Source: Candidatus Thorarchaeota archaeon SMTZ1-45
GTDB taxonomy: Archaea > Asgardarchaeota > Thorarchaeia > Thorarchaeales > Thorarchaeaceae
DNA length: 16,806 nt
Assembly (NCBI GenBank): GCA_001563335.1
Contig: LRSL01000079.1
Span: 1 to 16,806, forward strand
Direction of reading: 5' to 3'
Under the pieces are notes generated by a model that did no database searches, was not told the origin of the DNA, and saw only the letters and a list, made by a program, of their open reading frames with translations. Within the stretch, counting starts at the first letter, position 1, and each line of letters begins with the position of its first letter. The translations under genes and the position numbers were made by a program. Positions 1 through 9,047 of the stretch are shown here, one piece after another.

Positions 1-1
1 C

Positions 2-883
2 AAACATGAAGAGCTCGAAGAAATGAGAACCGACTTCGATAAACCTGGAAATCTGTTTCTGACTGCAAAAACACAAGGTCGAGATGAAGTCATTGGTGTA
101 TTGGGTCTCAGGTATCGAAACACAACTGCCCGAATAAGGAGATGGGAGCCAGCCGTCATTCCTGCCTTTTTAAAATCAAGTGCTGCGGAGTCTTTGCTTA
201 ATCAAGCTATCAAGCACTTGGTGTCCATGGGCATAAAGAGTGTTAGTTGTCTAATCAAATACCCAGTCAGCATGGGTGATTCCTTTAGTCATCATCTGGA
301 TCTATATAGAGAAACCTATTTTGAAAAATCTCGACCAGATTCTGTAGATTTGATAACATCCCTTAGGGATGTGATTCATCCCTCAAAGACACCTCAAGGG
401 GTATATGTGGAGACTGGTGAGGAATACGAATTTGAGGAGCTAGCTAGTATTGTCGTCAACTCTTTTACCTCAACACCTGAAGAGAGAGAGATACATGGGT
501 TTGATAAGACTGTGACAGAGCATATTCAAGCTACAGCGTTACTACAGCGGATGGCTGAGGGATTTTATGGCTATTCCCCAGATGATCTCAGGAAAATAGC
601 CGTGGCTGAGGGAATTCCTGTTGGTTTTGTCAGTGCTTTCTTATTAGAATCGAAGTATAAACCTCTTACCGGAGTCGTTGGACCTGTGGCAATACTACCT
701 GATTACCGACGACGGGGCATTGCACTGCATCTTATCAAAGAAATCTTATATACTTTGAAAGAACATGGCTGTGAATACGCTGCAATTGGGACCCCTGCAG
801 CCAACGAGGGAGCGATAGCTCTGTATGAAAAGGTAGGTTTCACTCTTTCTTGCCAAATTACCAATCTTGAGAAGGAGATATGA
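2..883 (+). CDS. Tandem GNAT-family N-acetyltransferase, probably 5'-truncated by the window edge
   Basis: The C-terminal domain has GNAT motif A (VAILPDYRRRGIALHLI) and motif B (NEGAIALYEKVGF). The N-terminal part looks like a second, degenerate GNAT domain (EVIGVLGL...AESLLNQAIKHL). The frame is open from base 2 (KHEELEE) to the ATG at 23, so the true start may lie upstream. Confidence 0.85.
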   Translation, partial: KHEELEEMRTDFDKPGNLFLTAKTQGRDEVIGVLGLRYRNTTARIRRWEPAVIPAFLKSSAAESLLNQAIKHLVSMGIKSVSCLIKYPVSMGDSFSHHLDLYRETYFEKSRPDSVDLITSLRDVIHPSKTPQGVYVETGEEYEFEELASIVVNSFTSTPEEREIHGFDKTVTEHIQATALLQRMAEGFYGYSPDDLRKIAVAEGIPVGFVSAFLLESKYKPLTGVVGPVAILPDYRRRGIALHLIKEILYTLKEHGCEYAAIGTPAANEGAIALYEKVGFTLSCQITNLEKEI

Positions 884-964
884 CTTCTTCCAGCAATCCA
901 AAACGCATATACTTGGCCATGTAAATGTTACAAGCACTGAAAAAAGCCAGTGTGTGTGAAAATC

Positions 965-1438
965 ATGTCATATACTCAATCTCCTCCCCTCGCACCGGAT
1001 GAAGTCCTTGAGTTCCTAAACCATGTGAGCGTCGCACGCGTTTGTTCACATAACAAGGATGGTACAATTCATGCAGCACCTGTTTGGTTCTATTATGAGG
1101 CTGGCAAACTTATCTTTGGCACTCCCGACGAGAGTGTGAAGGCCAGGAACATTAGACGTGATAATCGCGTAACAGTGCTGGTAGACTCTGAAGGTCCTCC
1201 TACACGTGGAGTTATTATTTATGGGGAGGCAGAGATTTCCGAAGAGAATATGGATGAGATCGCATTAAAGATCTTCAATCGTCGAATGGACAGCGGGAGA
1301 GCGCATGACTACCGTGAGGGTCTCTTCAAACTCACAAAATGGGTGGCTGTCATAATTACTCCAAAGAAGATTGCATCATATGATTATGTAAAGGACACAC
1401 GCTACAGACAGGCAACTCGATTCATGAGCAATGACTAG
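965..1438 (+). CDS. Pyridoxamine 5'-phosphate oxidase-like (PPOX class, flavin/F420-binding split-barrel) protein
   Basis: Motifs ARVCSHNKDGTIHAAPVWF and SVKARNIRRDNRVTVLV are typical of the family. ATG 965 is preferred over the in-frame GTG at 950. Confidence 0.85.
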   Translation: MSYTQSPPLAPDEVLEFLNHVSVARVCSHNKDGTIHAAPVWFYYEAGKLIFGTPDESVKARNIRRDNRVTVLVDSEGPPTRGVIIYGEAEISEENMDEIALKIFNRRMDSGRAHDYREGLFKLTKWVAVIITPKKIASYDYVKDTRYRQATRFMSND

Positions 1439-2901
1439 GTTTCAAAATCATCGCGCTCATCAAGAATTGGTTCGAATCCAATGTTGTCCGAATCCTGAAT
1501 TTCATTTTCTAGTTCTAATGGATGTGGATATTGCAAGCCCTTTCGAATCATTAAACAACCTGCAGTCGAGATTATACCAACTAGAACCAAGGTTAGGGGT
1601 ATTGAAACTGAGATAAGCCATCCAAAGAATCCAATCTGAGGGATGCTCATTAGTAGTACAACTGTAGGGAAGAGTGAGTAGACACCATTCCTGACACGGT
1701 TTGGAATTGCATCGACAAAAACTCTGGATGTAAGGATGCCTGCAAGTTGGAGAAATATACCCATCACAAAAAAGACCAATATCATAATAGCTACTGGCAT
1801 AAGTGAATCCACAGGGACTCTGATAATCAACACTTCAGTCCCTGGGAGAATGACATCAATCATCGGGGACTCTGGTGGAGGTACTGGAAACACAATCATG
1901 ATTATTGCAAATATCCAGAAGAACAATGCACCAGCAGACTGAAGAAAACGAAATCGTGGAATCCACTTCTTAGGTTCATATTTTCTAGCCCAAACACCTG
2001 ACCTTTCAGAATATACAACAAGCGGGACCATGACAATGGTTCGAAAACTAGCAACAGCTACATCAGTCAACATATAGCTATAATACATTGGGAAGAGGAT
2101 AAGGTTCGACCAGACACTAATGCAGCTATTGACTAACATTGAACCTAAAAGAAGGTACTTCACATAATCACTGCTGAAAAGATATTGGACTCCCTCTCTC
2201 AGAAGTGAAAAGTATTCATCCATTGTTGGTCTTTTCTGGTCAAGTTCATTTGTTTCTGGAAGGTTGCGAACTAATCTCAATGACAAGATAGAGATTACCA
2301 CACACATGATTGCTTGGAGCTGAAATACCCACGCTCTGCTGAAGATTGTTGCTAGGATACCTCCTGGAATCAGGATCAGAGTGTTTGTGAGCCAACCTAA
2401 CATATCTAACTTCCCTAAGAACACGCCATACTCCTTTCGGCTTTCATCCTCAGGCATAGACACTCGCCAATTATTATCAAACCAACTTCCAAGTGCCCCA
2501 CTTTGTTGAGAGCCAGCAAATCCCATCAATGCATAGATGAGGATGAGGAGTGCAAAAGGACTAGATGTTGTAACCAATGATACCAAAAAAAATGCAACTG
2601 CATAAGTCATGAAAGCTGTTGCCAGAATATAGCGCTGTCCCAACCAGTCTCCAATCACACCCGTTGGATAATCAAAGAGTGTTTGAACAACCATCTCGAT
2701 TATGACAAGAACTCCAACATAGGTCATTCCTACTATGAAGTCATTGTTCCCCAAAGCTTCAGCCACAAAAATCAGATAGAATGTTGTTGAGATTACAAAA
2801 GCAATCTGCATGAACAGTGAGAGTCCCGTGTAGAGTGTCGCGAGTCTGACCACGTCATGTTTGGCATCTTTTAATCCAAAGTATGAAGTAATCCTGCCCA
2901 A
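1435..2901 (-). CDS. Major facilitator superfamily transporter
   Basis: About 12 hydrophobic segments and MFS motif A (DYPTGVIGDWLGQR) after TM2. The C-half has IPNRVRNGVYS. TTG start. Confidence 0.85.
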   Translation of the reverse strand: MGRITSYFGLKDAKHDVVRLATLYTGLSLFMQIAFVISTTFYLIFVAEALGNNDFIVGMTYVGVLVIIEMVVQTLFDYPTGVIGDWLGQRYILATAFMTYAVAFFLVSLVTTSSPFALLILIYALMGFAGSQQSGALGSWFDNNWRVSMPEDESRKEYGVFLGKLDMLGWLTNTLILIPGGILATIFSRAWVFQLQAIMCVVISILSLRLVRNLPETNELDQKRPTMDEYFSLLREGVQYLFSSDYVKYLLLGSMLVNSCISVWSNLILFPMYYSYMLTDVAVASFRTIVMVPLVVYSERSGVWARKYEPKKWIPRFRFLQSAGALFFWIFAIIMIVFPVPPPESPMIDVILPGTEVLIIRVPVDSLMPVAIMILVFFVMGIFLQLAGILTSRVFVDAIPNRVRNGVYSLFPTVVLLMSIPQIGFFGWLISVSIPLTLVLVGIISTAGCLMIRKGLQYPHPLELENEIQDSDNIGFEPILDERDDFET

Positions 2902-2933
2902 TAAAGCACCCGAACCGAGGCCTATCTATTGGC

Positions 2934-2950
2934 TACTTATACACCTTTTC
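2934..2950 (-). promoter_or_regulatory. Putative archaeal BRE/TATA promoter for the MFS gene
   Basis: The minus strand reads GAAAAGGTGTATAAGTA, ending ~33 nt upstream of the TTG at 2901. Confidence 0.45.
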
Positions 2951-2951
2951 C

Positions 2952-5009
2952 TTAGCTATAGGAAAACTTGGCTTCTCCAAGGATATTCCTTGAGGATTTC
3001 CCAACAAGTATCTTGAATTCACCAGGTTCAATTACCCAGTCGTGTCTTGTTATATCATAGAAGGCAAAGTCTTCAACTTTCACAGTGATGGCAACCGTTG
3101 CTGTTTCACCAGGGTCCAATCTGATTTTCTCAAAACCAACAAGCTCCAATGGTGGTCGATTGACTGATGCCTCTACATCATTTGCATAAACTTGTACAAC
3201 CTCTGAACCTTTACATTCGCCAATGTTTGTTACATCGATATTGACCAACAAGGCGTCAGTATCTTTTCCAAGAGATTGTCTATTTACCTCGAGTTCCTCA
3301 TACTTAAACTCCGTATAGGATAGTCCAAATCCAAATGGGAATAATGGTTCAATCTCTTTGTCATCGAACCAGCGATATCCCACAAAGGTCCCCTCATCAT
3401 AGTAGACTCTCTTGTCCTCATCACCAGGGTAGTTCCTTGGATTACCTGTAATATGAGCTGGGGAATCCGCCAAGCGCCTTGGAAATGTCAGCGGCAGTTT
3501 TCCTGAAGGATTCACCTCTCCAAAGAGGACATTGGCTATTGCATGACCTGCTTCATTTCCCCCATACCAACACATGAGGACTGCATCCACATCATCAATC
3601 CATTCATTCATTGCGATCGGGCTGCCAGCAATCAAACATACTACAGTTTTTGGATTTTCACTCGCGACTTTCTTGATCTCCCTTATCTGCCTATCATCAA
3701 GGCGTAAAGAATCCCTGTCCATAGATTCTGAGTCTCCTCCGCGACCATGATTTAGCCCTGCGAAAATAATCGCAACATCTGTCGGTTTTTCACTTGCAAC
3801 CAGTTCAACTCTGTCTTTGACCTTCTTTCTCAATCCTTCATAGGGCGTTACTTCGTAGGGCGGAGATACAGCAGATGATCCCCCGCTTAATATCCTACCA
3901 AATTTCTTACTCAGATTGGAACCATAAACACCAATGCTCTTGAGATTGTCCATATGGAGAGGTAGGACATTCCCTTTGTTTTTCAGAAGGACCATTCCTT
4001 CTTCTGATGCGCGACGAACAAGATCCTGATGTTCTTCAGTATTGCGATCGCCCTTTGGGAGTGATTCAGGACTATCGAAGAGCCCTGTAAGCATCATCAC
4101 TCGTATGTTTCTTCGAACACGATCATTCAATATCTCGTCAGTGAATTTGCCAGAATGATATGCTGTTTCAAGTGATTTTATTTTATACTTACTTGGCCAA
4201 GGCATCTCCAGAGTCAATCCTGCATTGATACAGCCTTCTGTGGTCTTTATAGGGCGAGAAGCAAACCAGTCAGTCATAACAAGTCCAACAAATCCCCATT
4301 TATCCATCAAATTGTCCTGAAGAAGATACTTGTTCTCACTACCATAGACACCATTAACCATGTTGTAACATGTCATTATAGCCCATGGTGCAGCTTCTTT
4401 TACCACTCCCCTGAAAGCACGAAGATAGATCTCATGCAATGTTCGTTCATCGATTTCTGAGCTAGAACTTCTTCGATTTATTTCCTGATTATTAGCTGCA
4501 TAGTGCTTCAGACATGCTGCAACCCTCTGGCTCTGCACACCTTTTACAAAAGGAATAGCCAATTCCTTAGTCAGGAATGGATCCTCACTGAAATACTCGA
4601 ATGTTCGACCATTCAATGGAGTCCGACATATATTCATTCCAGGTGCCAAGAGAACATGCCGATTTACCGCTCGGACCTCTTTCCCCATTGCAACTCCAAT
4701 TTGATGCATCAATTCCCTGCTCCAGGAGGCTGCTAGTGCAACTGGTGCTGGAAATCTCGTATTCTTCTTGAATCCACTTGAATGCATAGCAACTCCTAAA
4801 GGACCATCAGTCATTTTGAAAGATGGAATATTTAGTCTCTTAATTGGTTTAGTAGAGTAGAGTCTTAATCTTCCATGACTTGCTAGAAGCATGAATTTCT
4901 CTTTCAAGGTCAATCTTGATAGGAGATCCTCCACTCTTTTCTCAATCTCTTTTTTCTCATCAAAATAGGATGGGTCCTCAGTCATTGCAAAGTATTTCAA
5001 AACTGGCAT
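2952..5009 (-). CDS. bglX: Glycoside hydrolase family 3 beta-glucosidase/xylosidase with C-terminal Fn3-like domain, cytoplasmic
   Basis: Motifs MTDGPLGV, GRTFEYFSEDP, CLKHYAANNQE, nucleophile VMTDW, acid/base region ESMDR, NPSGKLPLTFP, FPFGFGLSYT and the Fn3-like EVVQVY...ELVGFEKI. No signal peptide. The start could alternatively be ATG 4985 (MTEDP). Confidence 0.93.
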   Translation of the reverse strand: MPVLKYFAMTEDPSYFDEKKEIEKRVEDLLSRLTLKEKFMLLASHGRLRLYSTKPIKRLNIPSFKMTDGPLGVAMHSSGFKKNTRFPAPVALAASWSRELMHQIGVAMGKEVRAVNRHVLLAPGMNICRTPLNGRTFEYFSEDPFLTKELAIPFVKGVQSQRVAACLKHYAANNQEINRRSSSSEIDERTLHEIYLRAFRGVVKEAAPWAIMTCYNMVNGVYGSENKYLLQDNLMDKWGFVGLVMTDWFASRPIKTTEGCINAGLTLEMPWPSKYKIKSLETAYHSGKFTDEILNDRVRRNIRVMMLTGLFDSPESLPKGDRNTEEHQDLVRRASEEGMVLLKNKGNVLPLHMDNLKSIGVYGSNLSKKFGRILSGGSSAVSPPYEVTPYEGLRKKVKDRVELVASEKPTDVAIIFAGLNHGRGGDSESMDRDSLRLDDRQIREIKKVASENPKTVVCLIAGSPIAMNEWIDDVDAVLMCWYGGNEAGHAIANVLFGEVNPSGKLPLTFPRRLADSPAHITGNPRNYPGDEDKRVYYDEGTFVGYRWFDDKEIEPLFPFGFGLSYTEFKYEELEVNRQSLGKDTDALLVNIDVTNIGECKGSEVVQVYANDVEASVNRPPLELVGFEKIRLDPGETATVAITVKVEDFAFYDITRHDWVIEPGEFKILVGKSSRNILGEAKFSYS

Positions 5010-5040
5010 CCTTTATTGTCTTTCGAAATCCTCTGCACAC

Positions 5041-5052
5041 AGTTTTAAGATA
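5041..5052. promoter_or_regulatory. Candidate TATA element in the short divergent GH3 / nucleotidase intergenic region
   Basis: AGTTTTAAGATA lies roughly 30-40 nt from both divergent start codons (5009 on -, 5083 on +). Confidence 0.3.
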
Positions 5053-5082
5053 AGAATTTGAATCTGTTTTATAGATGTAGAG

Positions 5083-6855
5083 ATGAATCATCAGTGGATT
5101 TCAATTGTTGTGACCTTCATAGTTTGCAGTTGTATGCTATCTACCTTTACAGCCTATGGTAGTTCTTTTCAAAGTACTACAATAGATATCACAATTGCTT
5201 ATACTCACGATCTACATAGTCATCTCTATAGTGAATGGACAGGTTCATCGTGTAGCGGTGGGATGACTGTTCTATCGACAAAGGTTCAAGAATTACGAGC
5301 TCTTAGACCTGTACTGCTTCTAGATTGTGGTGATGCTATGACAGGAGCTCCTGTAAATGATCACAATAATGGTATCCCTATGATTGAAGTGATGAATGCA
5401 ATTGGCTATGATGCAATGGCTCTTGACAACCATGAATTTGATCCAGGAGTTTCAGCTCTCAAAGATATGATTAGTACAGCTAATTTTGAGATCCTTAGCG
5501 CGAATGTCGACTGGCCCGGTGACCCCAAACCTCTTCCCTATTCAATTGAAACGATAGCTGGTTATGATATCGGGATAATTGGACTTACTCCATCGTTTTG
5601 GTATTCTCCACCTGAGGTTGTTTTTGATAATTTGGTGACAGCCGCCAATAATGCAGTATCTGAATTACAGGGATTGGGTATTGAGTTTATCATCCTCTTA
5701 GGTTGTGTATCTTCTTCATTGGCTTCTAGTGTACCTGGATTAGATCTGATTGTTAAAGGTGGCTCACTGGAAACTATTGACAACACACTTGTGCTTCCGT
5801 CTGTCGGAGCTGATGCTAGTCACATAGGTGTCCTTGATTTGACTGTGGAAACAACAGACGGAACCATCGACAGCTATAGCTTCTCCTCCCACTCTCTTGG
5901 TTCATCAATAAGACCCGACGAAACCATTGTGTCGATTATTGATGAATGGAATGAACCTTTTGCGGCTGAATTTGATACTTCTGTTGGGTATTTTGATGAA
6001 GACCATAGTATTAACGAATTGGGTACTCTGCTAGCCGAATCAATCTACCAATTCACTGGTGCTGACGTGGGAACATACAATTTTGGAGGGATTCGTGCAT
6101 CGATTGACCGAGGGTTTGTAACATATCGAGATATCTACAAAATGGAACCATTCTTCAACTTCGTTGCAACACTGGAATTGAAAGGAAATGATGTCGAAAC
6201 GATAATAGGAAGCAATTATGTAGTTACTGCTATTGGCTCATTTGATCCTTCCACATGGTATACAGTTGCCAGTTCTAATTTTTCAATAACCGACTTTGAG
6301 CGAATCTATTCACCTGATACCAGAAACAGACAAGATTTCATTACAATTAGTGTCGTAAATGTTTTTGCAGAGCACATAGCAAATGAGTTTCCCATTACTC
6401 CTCCTGACTTACTGGATGTAATTGACGACTGCAGATCGTCAGTCATAGCGATTCCTGATTCCTATCTAGATGGAGGTACACCATCCACTCTCAAAGCTCT
6501 AATCAATGATGCATTACTATTTGCAAGAAATTCTCTTGTAACAGGGAATGAAACAGAAGCTATAGCTCATCTTCTGACTGCGATTGAGAGAATTGAAACT
6601 CACATCGTTGTTTCTTGTCCTGTCAGATGGTTCAAGATTAACATCCATAACATAATCAGTTTCTTGGAGCTTTCCATGACCACCACAACTATCTCCTCTC
6701 CTAAGGACTACACAACTCCTACAACTTCTGGCGAAGGTAGCATCTTCGAAAGCCCTTGGACACCAGTTCTTTTAATTGAGTTGATAATTCTATCAGTATC
6801 TGTTGGCTATGTTGTGATTTTACGAAGATTTAGGGGAAACCTCAATCGAGGATGA
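5083..6855 (+). CDS. Exported, C-terminally anchored metallophosphoesterase / 5'-nucleotidase-family (UshA/CpdB-like) protein
   Basis: Signal peptide, then THDLHS, LLLDCGD and DNHEFD motifs. The nucleotidase C-domain shows NFGGIRA and EPFFN. A helical module, a Thr/Ser-rich linker (TTTTISSPKDYTTPTTS), a TM helix and a basic tail (RRFRG) follow. Confidence 0.8.
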   Translation: MNHQWISIVVTFIVCSCMLSTFTAYGSSFQSTTIDITIAYTHDLHSHLYSEWTGSSCSGGMTVLSTKVQELRALRPVLLLDCGDAMTGAPVNDHNNGIPMIEVMNAIGYDAMALDNHEFDPGVSALKDMISTANFEILSANVDWPGDPKPLPYSIETIAGYDIGIIGLTPSFWYSPPEVVFDNLVTAANNAVSELQGLGIEFIILLGCVSSSLASSVPGLDLIVKGGSLETIDNTLVLPSVGADASHIGVLDLTVETTDGTIDSYSFSSHSLGSSIRPDETIVSIIDEWNEPFAAEFDTSVGYFDEDHSINELGTLLAESIYQFTGADVGTYNFGGIRASIDRGFVTYRDIYKMEPFFNFVATLELKGNDVETIIGSNYVVTAIGSFDPSTWYTVASSNFSITDFERIYSPDTRNRQDFITISVVNVFAEHIANEFPITPPDLLDVIDDCRSSVIAIPDSYLDGGTPSTLKALINDALLFARNSLVTGNETEAIAHLLTAIERIETHIVVSCPVRWFKINIHNIISFLELSMTTTTISSPKDYTTPTTSGEGSIFESPWTPVLLIELIILSVSVGYVVILRRFRGNLNRG

Positions 6856-6934
6856 TAATTCGAGAGTCTTTTTATGGTGCAATACGTGTAATGAAAATCC
6901 TGATTATCGCTAGTCAAAAAAGGGAGTTTTACAC

Positions 6935-9019
6935 TTGAAGCGGGATGCAATTCTATTATTGGTGATGTTCTTGTTGGTTGTTTCAGTCACTGACGAAGCT
7001 ATAGAACCAACAAACGCTATGATGTTTGATAGACCTGACTTTGTTCTCTCTGATGTAGAGATGCCAATCTATGAGATTATACCTCCAGAGGTGAATCTGA
7101 CTTTTGCTGAGAATATGGCATACTCACTCTTCGGATTTAGGGATTCATCCGCTCAAGAGATTGAAGGTCGCTATGTGGTAAACTCTGGAAACAAGACCTT
7201 TGAAATGGATGCACGTGATGGGTCAATGTGGTTTGCTGATTATGATCTTCTATGGAATGTAGCTCTTGGAATTGAAGTGCCAACTCCGCTAGACTGCAAA
7301 GCTGATGCAGACGCTTGGCTTGATGAAAAGGGATTACTTCCGCCCAACTATGTCTTTGCCAATTTTGGATCAACAAATGTCACTGCTTGGAATATCGATG
7401 CTGGGGCTTCACAAAAAAAGGTTTTACAGTGGCATGTCAACTATGAGATATTTATTGGTGACACTCCTGTAACTGGACCTGGGGAACAAATAACAGTCAT
7501 GATTGGCGAAGGAGGGGAGATTGTTGGGTTCAACTGGAATCACCGTGAGATCAAAGAAGAGCCATATGCCACCTCTCCAATCATCGTGTACGAATCGATT
7601 CTTGAATATTATGGGATTTCGCCAGATGACGTGGTTGACTATAGACTAGTATACCGTGCTGATTCATCCGAGGAAACCAATCTACTAAAACCCGTCTATG
7701 AAATTACACTTAATGAGGATGATGACGATGAGGATATCTTTAGTATATTCGTGGTTAATGCTGCTTTTCTTGACCCAGAGGTCGAAATAGTTTCACCAGG
7801 TCATTATCTGACCTTTACACAGTATGAGGATATAACTTTCGAGTGTGTTGTGACGAATGGACTTGGACCTTTTACATACGCTTGGTATTCCGACTTCGAT
7901 GGATTGATATCGAATTCTCAGAATTTTTCTTCTACTACTCTTACTGTAGTTGATAAAAAGGGTGTTCCAGTACCTCACACAATACATGTCCGAGTTAAGG
8001 ACTCCATTGATAGGTGGTGTCTTGATTATATCGCTGTATTCATAGAACCTGGAACGATAGCCACCTTTCCGACCACCCTAACAATTGCTATTGCAGCCGG
8101 AGGATTTATCGTAGTAGTCGGTGCAGCAGCTCTTTTATTGAAACGGCGCGGAGCTATGGGGTTGCTTTTGTTGCTTCTCATGTTTTCCATGCTTGTATCC
8201 GCCTTTGCAATTATACCAATTGTTTCTGCGAGTAGTGACGTTAATGATCTCAGGAGTTTCAGTCCAAGTGCACCAACAGGTGCCTATGATGACGGAGTCA
8301 AGGAGGTCGGTATTGAATGGTGTGGCGTGTCAGTTTGGAAACCACTTTGGAATACCGAGAAAAACATAGAAGGTTTCTATAATTGGATGGGAGGAATCGG
8401 AGGCTACAGTAAAGAGTTCAACTGGGGTGAATATAGCGCTTGGGAAGAGGACTTCAAAGACGAAGCATTTGGTGGGACTGATAGTGAATGGGTTGATGCA
8501 GTAGACTTTGTCTATTATCAAGACCATGGAGGTCCTGATGGCGTGACATTCAGAGGAAACAATGATGACAAATCACTCCTATTTAGGGAGTGTAGATGGG
8601 GTGATGGTGATCTTGACACCATAGCCATCGATGCTTGCAGTCCTTTAGCTTGGGAGAACAAGACTGGACACACTGTATTTGAGCGATGGGCAGCCACGAT
8701 GCAGGGAATTCACATGGTCTGTGGCTTTGGTACAACTAGTCATAATGTTCAAACAAGGGGTGTTAAATTCGGATTATACATGACTGGTTTTGGTACTTCT
8801 CCTGCCCTCACAATTAAGGATGCATGGTTCAGAGCCTGTGCTGAAACAGAGGGCAGTGACATCCTCTCAGCTGTATTCTACGCATCGAAATCATCAAATC
8901 CATTGAATCCTCAGCAGGATGATCCTATCAATGACCATGCATATGGTTTTGGCTATGTGTGCTCCGATCCTGTGCCTGGAACATTCGGATGGTATGTCTA
9001 CATCACAACAAGCTGTTAA
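6935..9019 (+). CDS. Exported multidomain protein: propeptide/YycI-like beta domain, PKD/Ig-like domain, two hydrophobic helices, C-terminal DUF6345-type (caspase-fold-like) domain
   Basis: TTG start with AGGGAG 8 nt upstream, then an N-terminal signal peptide. Ig-like motifs PFTYAWYSDFDG and HTIHVRVKDS. The C-terminal motifs WEEDFKD, VDAVDFVYYQDHG, WGDGDLDTIAIDAC, GIHMVCGF and TIKDAWF match DUF6345 as I recall it. Confidence 0.75.
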   Translation: MKRDAILLLVMFLLVVSVTDEAIEPTNAMMFDRPDFVLSDVEMPIYEIIPPEVNLTFAENMAYSLFGFRDSSAQEIEGRYVVNSGNKTFEMDARDGSMWFADYDLLWNVALGIEVPTPLDCKADADAWLDEKGLLPPNYVFANFGSTNVTAWNIDAGASQKKVLQWHVNYEIFIGDTPVTGPGEQITVMIGEGGEIVGFNWNHREIKEEPYATSPIIVYESILEYYGISPDDVVDYRLVYRADSSEETNLLKPVYEITLNEDDDDEDIFSIFVVNAAFLDPEVEIVSPGHYLTFTQYEDITFECVVTNGLGPFTYAWYSDFDGLISNSQNFSSTTLTVVDKKGVPVPHTIHVRVKDSIDRWCLDYIAVFIEPGTIATFPTTLTIAIAAGGFIVVVGAAALLLKRRGAMGLLLLLLMFSMLVSAFAIIPIVSASSDVNDLRSFSPSAPTGAYDDGVKEVGIEWCGVSVWKPLWNTEKNIEGFYNWMGGIGGYSKEFNWGEYSAWEEDFKDEAFGGTDSEWVDAVDFVYYQDHGGPDGVTFRGNNDDKSLLFRECRWGDGDLDTIAIDACSPLAWENKTGHTVFERWAATMQGIHMVCGFGTTSHNVQTRGVKFGLYMTGFGTSPALTIKDAWFRACAETEGSDILSAVFYASKSSNPLNPQQDDPINDHAYGFGYVCSDPVPGTFGWYVYITTSC

Positions 9020-9021
9020 TT

Positions 9022-9047
9022 GGGAAGGGGAATGTTTCCCCCCCTCC
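9022..9047 (+). terminator. G/C-rich hairpin immediately after the DUF6345 gene (terminator or mRNA-stabilising stem)
   Basis: GGGAAGGGGAA-TGT-TTCCCCCCCTCC begins 3 nt after the TAA. The core stem GGGGAA/TTCCCC is perfect. Confidence 0.45.

Noticed and set aside
920-932. TGTAA-ATG-TTACA inverted repeat upstream of the PPOX gene
   Set aside because: 5-bp arms are expected by chance in AT-rich intergenic DNA.
1435-1438. Convergent PPOX and MFS genes share overlapping TAG stops in CTAG
   Set aside because: A common compact-genome arrangement with no sign of amber readthrough.
8156-8158. Internal ATG at the second hydrophobic segment as an independent gene start
   Set aside because: There is no upstream in-frame stop and the GGAG is only 2 nt away. 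Starting here would also drop the basic n-region, so a single fused ORF is the simpler reading.
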